A stretch of DNA of 64,000 nt from contig OZ024742.1 in assembly GCA_964016885.1 (NCBI GenBank), forward strand, positions 319,982,001 through 320,046,000, read 5' to 3'. Source of the stretch: Eledone cirrhosa (Eukaryota). Every line of letters starts with the position of its first letter. Position 1 is the first letter of the stretch. Positions 16,203 to 27,419 of the stretch are shown here, piece by piece. Made by a program: the position numbers and the translations under genes. The notes under the pieces are model-generated. The model was not told the origin of the DNA, made no database searches, and worked only from the letters and a program-made list of their open reading frames with translations.

Positions 16203-19200
16203 CTACAGGATGGTATACAGAGAAGGCCCATTTACACGAGCCATTCTCGCCACTATCACCCACCTTTCATAAAACTGCCTGTGGCCAAGCACCTCTCTCT
16301 CCATTCTTATCCTTCTTCCGAACTGATATCGGAAGAAGTAGACCAGACTATGGCCAGAGAGGAAGTTGCCTGACCTCAGACCTTTCAATCGTGTCCACCA
16401 AACAACCTCTTTCAACATGGCTATTACGCACAGAAAAACCGCCTTTGCTTCCTTTGTGAAGAGGGGAGGCGGCTTGATTGTTATCACGGACTCGGCGGTC
16501 AATCGAATCGGCGCCACCCGCGACAGCAGTCGTTCGGCGTAGCCCCACAGATCAGCCACGCCCGGACAGTGCACCAATGCGTGCGCAACGGTTTCTTCGT
16601 GACGCACGCATCTAGCGCAAATCTTTTTCTAGGGATCCCTGCCCGGGCGCCCGTGTCTGTAGAGCTTTTCTCGAACGGGTAGAGCCCCCCGGTAGCACTG
16701 CCAGGCCAGTGACTTCTGGAAGTTGTCCATTGGTCCCGGGCCGAAAGTCCTACCGAACAGGCTGGCCAGTTCGTCCTTTTCCATGTCCAGCGACTCTCCA
16801 AGAGTGTCATTGCCCCTGCTAGCCACCAGCCCTCTATAGAATGACGAGGTGGATTCTCCACCGATGGCCAGGTCCGCTTGCCAGAGAGCCCTGAGCGCCT
16901 GGGCACACTCAGTGTGCCAGTCGCCCAGTTTTCCGGATCTTTGCTTGACCCAGGACTGCAGATCGGTGAGCGAGACGAGTCTCGGAAAGGCTCGTCTCAC
17001 GATCGGAGCCCACACCGGTTGACCCGTGAGGAATACCTGTAGGTGCCGTAGCCTTAATGCGTGCCTACGCATCATCAACCACGGCATTCCCAGCCCTCCT
17101 TTCGAAGGTTGTTGGCAGCAGATGGATCTTCCAAAGAAATTGAAAGAGCATGCGTTCCATAGTGGTGAGTGCTTCCTTAGGGCAAGGCACGACAGTCAGG
17201 CGGTAGTAGGTGACGGACGCTATGTAAATGTTCGCCACCTCTGCCCGACCTTTCAGGGACAGCTTACACTTGGCCCATTTCTGGGTCAGTGCAAACACCT
17301 TGCTCGTAACCTCGCCCCAGTTCTTTTCCACCTGGAGGTCCGGTCCAAACCAGACCCCAAGCAACTTCACCGGGCCCTCCGTCCAGTGTCCGACGACACC
17401 GTCGGGAGGCATCGGTCTGCCTCTTCACGTTCCGAGTTGCAGCCCGATGGATTTTTCCCGGTTCAGTTTCGCTCTTGACAACCTTTCGTATTCCTCCAGT
17501 AAGGTACCGATCGCCTCGATCTCCGAGTCGGTCGATACCATTTCTGTTACGTCATCGGCGTAGGCCGACAGCGCTTTGCTCAATCCTGGTTCCAGGGGGA
17601 TGCCCTGCAACAACTCCAACTTCCTCAGTAAAGGCTCGAGAGTCAATACGTACAGAAGGGAGGAGAGAGGGCACCTGGATCGTGTGATTTCGAACGGCTT
17701 CGAAAGGTAACCGTTCACCTTGATCCTAGAACAGATGTGGTTGCTATGTAAGGCAGTGATCCAGCCTCTGAAAACAGGACCGAACCCAGCCGCCGCTAGC
17801 ACCGCATTCAGGTAACCATGGTCGACCCTATCGAACGCCTTAGACTGATCCAAGTTGATCAGGGCCCCACCGAAGCCGGGTTTGTTGCCAACCCTCTCTA
17901 TGATGTATCGCATGAGGTGGAGGTTGTCGAGAATGGACCTGGATGGGGTAGCACATGTCTGCGCATCTCCCACCCGGCTACCCACGACAAGCGCCAACCT
18001 CTTTGCTAACACCTTGGCCAAAATCTTTAACTCTGTGTTTAGCAGGGTTATGGGCCGAAAATTATTTATACTATCCCCCTTGTTCTCGTCCTTCCTCACC
18101 AGCGAGACTACGCCCTTGGCTACAGAACAAGGAATTCTCCCGTTCTGCTGCCAATTGCAGTAGACTGCTTCGAGGAGTTCGGAGAAGAAGACCGGCATTG
18201 CTAAATAAAGTTCGTAAGGTATACCATCGAGACCTGGAGATTTGCGTCTGCTGCATTGGCTCAGCGCATCCCCGATCTCATCAGCCGAGATTGGTCCCTC
18301 GCAGGACTCTGCCTCTTCGCTCGAGAGACGCGGCAGGCCGTCGAGGTATGGACCGAAATCCACGTCCCCGCCCGGACCTTCGCCTCCCCCGAACAATCGG
18401 GCAAAGTGCCTTTGAAAGGCCTCGCACATCTGCTTAGGCTCCCGGATCACACGTCCATCCTCGTCTTGCAAAGACCGGATGGTGGATCGATTTCCACTCT
18501 TAGCTTCTGTCACGCGGGCCCAGCCAACGGCTTTGGCCCCCTCATTACCTAGAGCACGTATTTTACTTCGAATGACGCAGCCTTCGTGCTTTGCATAGAA
18601 AAACTGGCTCAAGGCCGTTCTCGATGCCAGCACTCTGGCCACATCTTCGCTCTTGATTGCCTCTTCTAATTTACCTGTTAATTCTTTCTCGTTCCTATTC
18701 CTATCAGCAGCTAACATCTTGCTATAACTTATTGATTCTGTTCTAATCTCTCTTTTGAGAGATGCCCACCATCGGTTGTTGACGATTGCACCCGTCAACC
18801 TCTCCTTAACTAACCTGCTAATCCGGTCTCTGTAAGCCTCTTTTGCCGGTAAAGACAAATTAAGTTTCCAGTAACCGGGACCCTGTCTATGTGTTCTCTC
18901 GAGGTTGACTACGCAGGTCACTAATTTGTTATCTGTTTAGCCAACCGTGAGCATTTCTGGACAGCTTAATATGTCCCTATCCTTACTTCTAACTAAGAAT
19001 CTATCTAAGTACGATCTAGATCGACCACTGTGGTTCGTCAAAGTCCAGGTTGGCACAGTTGGAAGATCTAGTCGATATCTATCGACCAAGTTAAAACGGT
19101 CGAGTAACCCCTTGAGGCTGTTACACCCCCTCTATTAGGAGATGCTCCTGCATAGTCCCAACGTGCATCTAGGATGTCATTCCAGTCCCCCGCTAGAAGC

Positions 19201-19607
19201 AGGGAACGCGACGTTCCCAGAAAAGTCTCCAGACGCTGGAAGAAGTCGGGCCGTTCAGCTCCGAAAGGGGAGTAGACGGCGACCAGTCTCAAGGCCGCAC
19301 CTCCACTACTGCCAACGTCTAGCACCAACAAACGACCTTCCGGGTCCGAGTGAACAACCTGTACGGCGAGACCCAGGTGTTTTTCCAGCAGTACGACAAC
19401 CCCACCCCCACCTCCAGGTTGACAGAGAGATGCGTGCACCTCAAAGTCATCGAAGGTAGGGGCCAGCTGCCGCACGATGCTGATCCGAGTCTCACAGATA
19501 ACCATTACATTTATACCACGTGACCTGAGGTCATTTAGAAGCTTTGCTTGCTTCCAAGTTGAACCCAGGCTACGTGCATTCATACATTCTACTCTTAACA
19601 CATCCAT
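16203..19607 (-). pseudogene. Copy C ORF2 (APE endonuclease - reverse transcriptase - zinc finger), disrupted
   Basis: MDVLRVECMNARS start, GDWN, KSPGLDG, FRPITLLN, DQSKAFDRVDH and AYADD motifs, split over several ORF fragments. Confidence 0.93.
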
Positions 19608-21524
19608 GTGGGCGGCAAAGCCAAAGGAGAGTGTAGAGCCATACCTTTCTGCTTCCCGGGGTTCGGGTCGCACGACTTCCATGGGGTCGGGGATGTTGGG
19701 TGAAGGGGTGTCTTGTGGTGGTGTGGGGTCGTCAGTGTGTGGTGGGGTTTGGGTGTTTGGAGTTGTGTTGGGGGGAAGCTTTTTAGGAGGACGCGGTTTA
19801 TGGGTTTGACAGAGGGTGGTCCTACGTCCTCCTTAAAATCCTTTTTTAGTTTTTGGTAGAGGTTCATTGGGGCCATTATTAATTTTAATTGTGGGTTGTT
19901 TTCTGAAAAAACAAAGTTTACCCCTTCGGTTTGTACCGAAGGGTTATTGTTTATGAGTTCATTTAATTTATTATTGTTTCTGTTGATGTAAGTATAGTGT
20001 AATGTCTTTTTGTCGGATGGTGTGAGTGTTTCGAAGAGGAGAGGAGCAGGTTTGGTTTTGTTTGTTGCTGGAGGAGTGTTTTGTGTTTTGTTGGATTGTG
20101 TTGACATTTGGGTAGGGGCTGTTTGGCCTTGTGTGTTTTGCACATGTTTTCTTTTTTTCCTTTTAATCTGTCTGAAGGACTCCGTTTCTTCCTCCGAATT
20201 CGTTGGGTTATCTTCAGTGTTGGAGGGAAGAGGTATGTTTGCTGGTAGTGTTTCCGTGTTAGTTTTCTTTGTGGGGGAGATGGATGTCACTATGTTAGAC
20301 TGTGTTGTGTGTTGTGGCTGTGGTGGTTGTGTTGTTTTATTGAGTGAGGGGTTGGGTGGGACTGTGTTTTGTTTTGGGGTAATGTGTTGTGTCTGTTTGT
20401 GCTAGGGACGGGTTGGGTGGGACTGAGTTTTGTTGTTTGTTTATCTGTTGTGGTGGTGGTGGAGCTGGTGTTGGTAGCAGGGTTTTCTTCTTGTTGAGTT
20501 GGGGTCAAGCCGCCTTCAGGTGCCCTCTGCCTGCACAGATATGACAGGACGGCCTTCTCCCCTCCACGCTAATGTTTATATACCCGTGGCCCTCTAATAG
20601 GGTTCTGTCGGGTATTTGGGCAATGCGTTCAGGCTTCATTTGCACTACAAGTTCTATACCTGTTCCACTGAACGCATTGCCTGTGGTTTTCCCAATGGAA
20701 ATCACGTTGTCATTCGCTGGGTCGATCAAGCCAGCTATGAGCCAGCAGTAGTCCATATCTGGCATCATCGCATCCAGCCATATGCGCTGAGTTCTTTTAC
20801 CCATATAAGATGGATTAAAGGTAAAATTTGTCGAACGAATCGGCGACAAAGCATATTTTTTCGCCGCCGATTCGTTCTTCATAATAATGGCCAGGCTTCC
20901 ATAGAGCCTGTCTCTTCTTATGAAAGTGGCTTCATTAAATACTTCTCTAAGTACCGCTTTAATTTCTACTTGTGTTGGTTGTTGCGGCTTTTTTGAGATG
21001 TTGTTGATGGTGCGGAAAACGACCGTCCGACTTTCAATATCTTTGGTGAGTTCTTGGGGCATTTTTATCGACAAGGCTCCATTTTCCCCTTGAGTTATGA
21101 ATTGTTTGGCGTTTTTTATTCTTTGTGCCACATCTGAAATATTTTCAGGTATGTACGTTAAAGATTTTTTTGTTGTTTGTGCAAATGAGATGTTATTGGT
21201 GTTGACTTTGTCGTCTGTTTTGCTTTCTGTTATGATGTTGTTGTTTTCAAATGTTATTTTTGTGTTTATTGTTTCTTTGTTTGTGGTATTAATATTGTCA
21301 TGCAATTCTTTCAAATTTTTTTTGTTGTTGGAATCAATCTCCAGATTTGTGTTTTCGTTGTCATTTTTCTCCGCACATTCGTCTGTTTTTATTTTATTTT
21401 TTCTTTCCTTCTCTATGACGTTAGTTCGGAAGGAAGGGGGGACTAAAGCGTGCGAGCTTACAACTCTTACCGCTGCCCCCCCCCCCCCACCACCACCACT
21501 ATTTTTGTTAGCTTCATTTAACAT
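19608..21524 (-). pseudogene. Copy C ORF1 (gag-like, CCHC knuckle), disrupted
   Basis: CHICAGRGHLKAA* (last Cys codon is TGA); downstream PQLNKKKTLLPTP and YTYIN...KPINRVLLK match ORF1 of D and E. Confidence 0.9.
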
Positions 21525-21750
21525 TTCTCCCAGACGATTGAAATTTTATGCAACAAAATTTCTAAAAACAGGTTTTTCACCCTTGGGAGGGGCGAAAATG
21601 AGCTGACCCACCGCCTGACAGTTCAGACGGGGGGGTCAAGCTACACAATAGTATCAAAATTAATATTAAACTTACAAAATATCCGCAATAAATTGGAACA
21701 AAACTTCTGCGCGAAGTGAATTACGTCTACGCTATCGAACAGACGACAGC

Positions 21751-21757
21751 TAGATCA

Positions 21758-21792
<35 letters not shown>
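21751..21792. repeat. (GATA)n tract between copies C and D
   Basis: tagatcaatagatagata... Confidence 0.95.
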
Positions 21793-22031
21793 TATTTCTT
21801 TATTAGCCACAGGGGCACAAAAGAAGGGGACAAATACAAAGGGGGAAGTTTACATACAATAAAAACGTGTAAAATGTTATCACAGATGGAATTTAAAAGT
21901 TAGTCGATTTTCCCCAATAGAGGGAGACAGTTTATATGGGTAACACAGACCCCCGAAAAAAATGTGCAACCCTCATCTCCAGGAGTACGAAGAGCTTGTA
22001 CTCCTTTCCTCTCCTCCTCCTTTTCCTCAAC

Positions 22032-25000
22032 CTACAGGCTGATATAGAGAGAAGGCCCATTCACCCGGGCCATTCTCGCCACTTTCACCCACCTTTCATA
22101 AAACTTGCTGGGGTACAGCACCTCTCTCTCCATCCTGATTCTTCTTCCAAAGTGGTATTTGAAAAAAAGAATCAGTTGTTGGCCGGAGAGAAAGGTGTCT
22201 GACCTCAGCCCTTTCAACCTTGTCCACCATACAACCTCTTTCGCCATAGCTATCACACAAAGGAAAACCGCCTCTCCTTCGTTTTTGAAGGAGGGTGGCG
22301 GTTTGATCATGACAATGGACTCGGTGGTCAACTGGATTGGTCCCACCCGCGACAATAGTCGTTCCACATAGCCCCACAGGTCAGTGACGCCCGGGCAGTG
22401 TATGAATGCGTGCGCGACGGTTTCTTCGTCTCGCACGCACCTCGGACAGATCTTTTTTGCAGGGTCCCTGCCCGGGCGCCCATGTCTGTAGAGCTTGTCT
22501 CGAACTGGTAGAGCTCCTCGGTAGCACTGCCAGGCCAGGGACTTTGGGAAGTTGTCCATCGGTCCCGGGCGGAAGGTCCTACCGAACAGACTGGCCAGTT
22601 CATCTTCCTCCACGCCTAGAGTTTCACCGAGCGCGTCGTCGCACTTGCTGCGGACCAACCCTCTATAGAATGACGAAGTGGAGTCTCCACTGATCGCCGG
22701 GTCCGCCTGCCAGAGGGCTGTGAGCGCCTGAGCACATTCGATGTGCCAGTCGCCCATTTTCCTCGGTCTCTGCTTGACCCAGGACTGCAGCTCGGTCAGC
22801 GAGACGAGTCGTGGGAAGGCTCGCCTCACGAACGGGGCCCACACCGGTTGTCCGGTGAGGAATACGTAGAGATGCCGCAGCCTGAGCGCGTGTTTGCGCA
22901 TCGTCAACCACGGCATCCCCAGCCCTCCGTTAGAAGGGTGTTGGCAGCAGATGGATCTTCTTACCAAAGGAGCCCGCCTCTTCCAAAGGAATCGGAAGAG
23001 GGCGCGCTCCATTTTGGCGAGCGTTTTGGCTGGACAAGGCACGACGGTCAAGCGGTAGTAGATGGCGGACGCTATAAAAGTGTTCGCCACCTCCGCTCGA
23101 CCTTTCAAGGATAGTTTGCACTCGGCCCACTTCTGGGTGAGTGCAAACACCTTGGCCGTCACTTCGTTCCAGTTCTTCTCCACCTGGAGGTCCGGACCAA
23201 ACCAGACCCCGAGCAGCTTTACCGGTCCTTCCGTCCAGCGTCCGACGACGCCATCGGAAGGCATCGGTCTGCCTCTCCACGATCCGAGTTGCAAACCGAT
23301 GGACTTGTCCCGGTTCAGCTTCGCTCCTGTGAGACTTTCGTATTCCTTTAGTAAGGTGCCGACTTCCTCGATTTGCGAGGCGCTCGACACCATTACTGTC
23401 ACGTCGTCGGCGTAGGCCGACGCCGCTTTCCGCAGTCCCGGTTCCAGAGGGATGCCCTGCAATAGCTCCAGCTTCCGCAGTAGTGGCTCGAGAGTCAGTA
23501 CGTACAGAAGGGAGGAGAGAGGGCATCCCTGTCGAATGGATCGCGTAATATGGAACGGCTCCGAGAGGTAACCGTTCACCTTGACCCTTGAGCAGATGTT
23601 GCTGTTGTGCATTGCAGCAATCCAGCCCCTGAACACGGGTCCGAAGCCTGCCGCCTCGAGCACCGCATCCAGGTAACGATGGTCAACCCTATCGAAAGCC
23701 TTAGACTGATCCAAGTTGATCAGGGCCCCACCGAAGCCGGGTTTACACCCTACCCTCTCTATGATGTATCGCATGAGGTGGAGGTTGTCGTGTATGGACC
23801 TGGTCGGGATCGCGCATGTCTGCGCTTCTCCCACCAGGTTCTCGACGACAAGCGCCAGCCTCTTTGCCAACACCTTGGCCAAAATCTGTAACTCTGTGTT
23901 TAGCAGAGTTATGGGCCGGAAGTTGCCTATGTCATCCCCCTTATTCTCGTCCTTCCTGATTAGTGTGACCACGCCACCGGTTACAGAATTGGGAATTCTC
24001 CCGTTCTGTTGCCAGTTGCAGTAGACCGCTTCCAGGAGACCGGAGAATAAGTCCGGCATTGCTACGTAAAATTCGTAGGGTAGACCGTCGAGACCTGGAG
24101 ATTTGCGTTTGCCGCATTGGCTCAGCGCGTCCCCTATCTCAGTGGCTGAAATCGGCTTTTCGCAGAACTTCGCCTCGCTGTCCGAGAGTCGCGGTAGGCC
24201 GTCGAGGTATGGACCGAAATCCATAGCCTCTCCCGGCGCGCCGCTCCCCCCGAACAGCCGAGCAAAGTGCCGCTGAAAAGCCGCACACATCTGCTTCGGC
24301 TCACGTATCACGCGTCCGTTTTGGTCCTTCAAAGACCGAATCGTGGACTTGTTGCCACTTTTTTCCTCCGTCACTCGGGCCCAGCTAACAGCTTTGGCTC
24401 CCTCGTTTCCCAGAGCACGTATTTTGCTTCTGACAACGCAGCCCTCGTGCTTTGCGTCGAAGAACTGGTCCAAGGCCGTTCTCGTTGCTAGCACGCTGGC
24501 TACGTTGCCACTTCTAATAGCCTCTTCTACTTTATCTACCAGTTCCTTCTCGGTTCTATTTCTATCTAACGCTAATTCTTTACTAAAAACTATCGAGTCT
24601 AATCTAACTGCCCTCTTGAGAGAGTACCACCATCTGTTGTTGACAATGGCCCCTGTCAAGTGCTGTTTAACTAAAGTGCTAATCCGTCTACTGTAGGCTT
24701 TGCTTGTCGGTAACGACAAGTTCAGCTTCCAGTAGCCGGGTCCTTGTCTATGGGTTCTATCAAGGTTGGCCATGCAGGTCACTAGTTTGTGATCTGAATA
24801 GGCAACCATGAACATTTGTGGACAGCTTAACATGTCCCTATCCTTATTTCTAACTAGAACCCTATCTAGGTACGATCTAGATGTTCCGCTACGATTACTC
24901 CACGTCCACAGTGGCGCAGTCGGAAAATCTAGTCGATATCTATCGGCCAGGTCAAATCGGTCGATTAACTGTTTGAGGCTGTTACACCCCCCTTTATCGG

Positions 25001-25469
25001 GACATGCTCCCACATAGTCCCAACGTGCATCTAGGATTCCATTCCAGTCCCCCACTAAAAGCAAGGAGCGGGACGTTCCCAGAAAAGTCTCTAGACGTTT
25101 GAAGAAGTCTGGCCGCGGTGTCCCGGATGGGGCATATGCGGCCACCAGCCTGAACGCTCCACCTTCACTACCGTCAACGTCTAGGACCACCAGTCGACCC
25201 TCCGGGTCCAGATGTACCGTCTGTGTTACGAGGCCCAGGTGTTTCCGCAGCAAAACGGCAACTCCGCCCCCACCCCCCGGTTGACAGAGAGATGCGTAGA
25301 TCTCAAAGTCATCGAAGATGGGGGCCAGCTGTCGCTCGTCGTGGATCCTGGACTCGCAAATGGCTACCACATCCAAACTGTGCGACCTGAGGTCGTTTAA
25401 GAGTTTGCCCTGTTTCCAGGGCATCCCCAGGCCGCGTACGTTCACACATCCAACTCTTATATTGGCCAT
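22032..25469 (-). CDS. ORF2p: APE-type endonuclease + reverse transcriptase + C-terminal zinc finger (L1/Tx1 type)
   Basis: NVRGL, ESR, YAP, GDWN, SYLDR, SDH (EN); GYWKLN linker; KSPGLDG, RPITLLN, KAFDRVDH, RQGCPLS, YADD, LLGV (RT); GGLGMP; CPRC..EETVAHAFIHC. Confidence 0.97.
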   Translation of the reverse strand: MANIRVGCVNVRGLGMPWKQGKLLNDLRSHSLDVVAICESRIHDERQLAPIFDDFEIYASLCQPGGGGGVAVLLRKHLGLVTQTVHLDPEGRLVVLDVDGSEGGAFRLVAAYAPSGTPRPDFFKRLETFLGTSRSLLLVGDWNGILDARWDYVGACPDKGGCNSLKQLIDRFDLADRYRLDFPTAPLWTWSNRSGTSRSYLDRVLVRNKDRDMLSCPQMFMVAYSDHKLVTCMANLDRTHRQGPGYWKLNLSLPTSKAYSRRISTLVKQHLTGAIVNNRWWYSLKRAVRLDSIVFSKELALDRNRTEKELVDKVEEAIRSGNVASVLATRTALDQFFDAKHEGCVVRSKIRALGNEGAKAVSWARVTEEKSGNKSTIRSLKDQNGRVIREPKQMCAAFQRHFARLFGGSGAPGEAMDFGPYLDGLPRLSDSEAKFCEKPISATEIGDALSQCGKRKSPGLDGLPYEFYVAMPDLFSGLLEAVYCNWQQNGRIPNSVTGGVVTLIRKDENKGDDIGNFRPITLLNTELQILAKVLAKRLALVVENLVGEAQTCAIPTRSIHDNLHLMRYIIERVGCKPGFGGALINLDQSKAFDRVDHRYLDAVLEAAGFGPVFRGWIAAMHNSNICSRVKVNGYLSEPFHITRSIRQGCPLSSLLYVLTLEPLLRKLELLQGIPLEPGLRKAASAYADDVTVMVSSASQIEEVGTLLKEYESLTGAKLNRDKSIGLQLGSWRGRPMPSDGVVGRWTEGPVKLLGVWFGPDLQVEKNWNEVTAKVFALTQKWAECKLSLKGRAEVANTFIASAIYYRLTVVPCPAKTLAKMERALFRFLWKRRAPLVRRSICCQHPSNGGLGMPWLTMRKHALRLRHLYVFLTGQPVWAPFVRRAFPRLVSLTELQSWVKQRPRKMGDWHIECAQALTALWQADPAISGDSTSSFYRGLVRSKCDDALGETLGVEEDELASLFGRTFRPGPMDNFPKSLAWQCYRGALPVRDKLYRHGRPGRDPAKKICPRCVRDEETVAHAFIHCPGVTDLWGYVERLLSRVGPIQLTTESIVMIKPPPSFKNEGEAVFLCVIAMAKEVVWWTRLKGLRSDTFLSGQQLILFFKYHFGRRIRMEREVLYPSKFYERWVKVARMARVNGPSLYISL

Positions 25470-25502
25470 GTTGGTGCTGAAAAGTTAAAAGAGGAAAAGA
25501 GA

Positions 25503-27419
25503 TCACTCACCCTTCGCCTCCTGGGGACCAGGCCGCACGATTTCCATGGGGGTGTTGGAGGGGTTGTCTGGATGGGTGGTGGTTTCCGGCGGGGTGGGGA
25601 CGCAGATGTTTGGTGGGGTGGGGTCTGGTGGAATGGGGGTGTCTGGGGTGGGGAGGCATTTGAGAAGGACGCGGTTGAGTGGTTTCACGCAGGAATTCCC
25701 CACATCCTTCTCAAATGTTTCTTTTAGGGACCTATAAGTTTGTATAGGGACCCTAATCAGTTTTAGGTTCATTTTTTTGCTATTTTTTATAGAGTGGGCG
25801 AAAGTTTTCCCTTCGGTGAAAACCGAAGGGTCGTTCGTAATGGTCTCCATTAGTGTTTTGTTTTCAGTGTTTATGTAAGTGTAAGTGTAATTTTCTTGTG
25901 TTGTGTTTGTTTTTGTCTGTAGTTCTTGTGTGTGCTTTCGTTTTGTTGTAGGTATTTTGTTTTCAGGAGGTGGGGGTTTTGTTTGTGATATTTTTGTTGT
26001 TTGTGTTGGTGGTTGTATGTTTGTGGTAGTGTTTGCTGGTTTTTTGCTTTTGTGATGTCTTTTCTTTCTTTTCGAGCGATGGGGTTCTCCCTCGTCTTCA
26101 CTGGGTGATGGCGAGATAGCCTCATCTGTTGTATCGTCTGTGTGATTGGGGAGGGGTATGTCTTGGGGAGCTGTTGTGTCTGTATGTGATTTTGCAGTGG
26201 TTTTAGGTGGAGTGGGGTTGGGTGGGACTGTGTTTGTTGTGGTTATTTTTGTGTGTTGGTGTTGTTGTTGTAGTGGTGGTGTTGGTGGTTGTGTTGTTTT
26301 GATGGGTGTTGGCAGAAGAGCCTTTTTTTGGTTCATTAGTTTAGGACAGGAAGCCCTCAGGTGACCCCTGCTAAAGCAATGGTAACATGAAGGCCGCCTA
26401 CCCTCAACCGAAAGGTTTATGTAGGTAAGTCCGTCCAGGAGTACACGCTGTGGGATCATAGCTATTCGCTCTGGGCTCATTTGCACCAGAACTTCAATGC
26501 TAGTCCCATTGAATACATCTCTGGGGGACTTGCCTACTGACAGTATTCTGTCTTCATCAAAATTGATGAAGCCGCACAGTATCCACCATATGTTCACCTT
26601 TGGTGTGACACTTGTGATTCTGATCTTTTGTGTCCTTTTTCCCATGTATGTAGGGAAAAAGGTGTACAGGTTGGATACAATTGGCGACACAGAGTAATTT
26701 TGGGCCGTCAATTGATCCTTCATCAGTACCGAAATACTCCCAAAAAGTTTGCTTCTTTGAATGAATGCAATATCATTCATTGAATCTTTGAAAACCAGTT
26801 CAATATCTTTCTGTGACAATTGGACTGGTTTTCGGGTAGAATTGGAAACTGTCCTAAAAACTATCGTTTTGAGAGCAGTTTCCTTGCGAATTTCTACCGG
26901 AGAATTGATGCTGAAAGCACCATTTTTTTCGAAGGTGACATATCTCTTAGCGTCCTTTAAAAGGTGTTCAGCATTTGTTATGTCGAGATATATCAATTGT
27001 TCTTTCTTTTGAACTTTCTCCGCAAAGGAGATTTTTGGTTTCTTTGTGGAATCCGTATTGGTGGTGTTGTCATTATTGTTGTTATTCTTGTTGTTATTCT
27101 TGTTGTCACCGATGTTGGTATCATCCGTATTTTCCTTGGTGTTGTTGTTGTCTTTGATGCTGGTGTTATTGGCGTTGTCTTTATTTTTTTCTTTGTTGTT
27201 GTTATCATTGTTGCTTTTATCATCATTATTGGTTTTGCTGTTATTTTTGTTGTCATTGAGCTGTTTGGTGTCATTTGTGTTGTTTGGATGTGAATTCGTT
27301 TTTTTATTTTCATTTTGTCTTTCCATCTCTATAGTATCTAGTGAAGAAGACGTTGTTGACTGCGAGCTTTGTAGACTTACCGCCTCTCCACCACCATTAT
27401 CGTTGGACGCAGCGTTCAT
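25503..27419 (-). CDS. ORF1p: gag-like nucleic-acid-binding protein with Asn-rich N-terminus, CX2CX4HX4C knuckle, Pro/Thr-rich linker, basic NLS-like patch and conserved C-terminal domain
   Basis: EGRRPSCYHCFSRGHLRASC; KRKKRHHK; homologous to ORF1 of C and E. Confidence 0.93.
   Translation of the reverse strand: MNAASNDNGGGEAVSLQSSQSTTSSSLDTIEMERQNENKKTNSHPNNTNDTKQLNDNKNNSKTNNDDKSNNDNNNKEKNKDNANNTSIKDNNNTKENTDDTNIGDNKNNNKNNNNNDNTTNTDSTKKPKISFAEKVQKKEQLIYLDITNAEHLLKDAKRYVTFEKNGAFSINSPVEIRKETALKTIVFRTVSNSTRKPVQLSQKDIELVFKDSMNDIAFIQRSKLFGSISVLMKDQLTAQNYSVSPIVSNLYTFFPTYMGKRTQKIRITSVTPKVNIWWILCGFINFDEDRILSVGKSPRDVFNGTSIEVLVQMSPERIAMIPQRVLLDGLTYINLSVEGRRPSCYHCFSRGHLRASCPKLMNQKKALLPTPIKTTQPPTPPLQQQHQHTKITTTNTVPPNPTPPKTTAKSHTDTTAPQDIPLPNHTDDTTDEAISPSPSEDEGEPHRSKRKKRHHKSKKPANTTTNIQPPTQTTKISQTKPPPPENKIPTTKRKHTQELQTKTNTTQENYTYTYINTENKTLMETITNDPSVFTEGKTFAHSIKNSKKMNLKLIRVPIQTYRSLKETFEKDVGNSCVKPLNRVLLKCLPTPDTPIPPDPTPPNICVPTPPETTTHPDNPSNTPMEIVRPGPQEAKGE

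Larger units (their letters stand above)
15989..21750 (-). mobile_element. Tx1-clade LINE copy C: full-length, degenerate
   Basis: 5' UTR, ORF1, ORF2 and 3' UTR are colinear with intact copy D; several stops, frameshifts and small deletions. Confidence 0.95.

Noticed and set aside
21525-21750. HDV-like ribozyme in the LINE 5' UTR
   Set aside because: Only simple hairpins found; I could not build the nested double pseudoknot by eye.
22001-22038. Plus-strand acceptor-like pyrimidine tract + CCTACAG|G in B-E
   Set aside because: Explained as the complement of the purine-rich 3' UTR and the CTGTAG end of ORF2; no conserved antisense ORF follows.
25477-25510. 34-nt mini-intron GTGAGT...TTTCAG fusing ORF1 to ORF2 in copy D
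   Set aside because: Removal is out of frame, it is very short, and the AG is not conserved in C or E.
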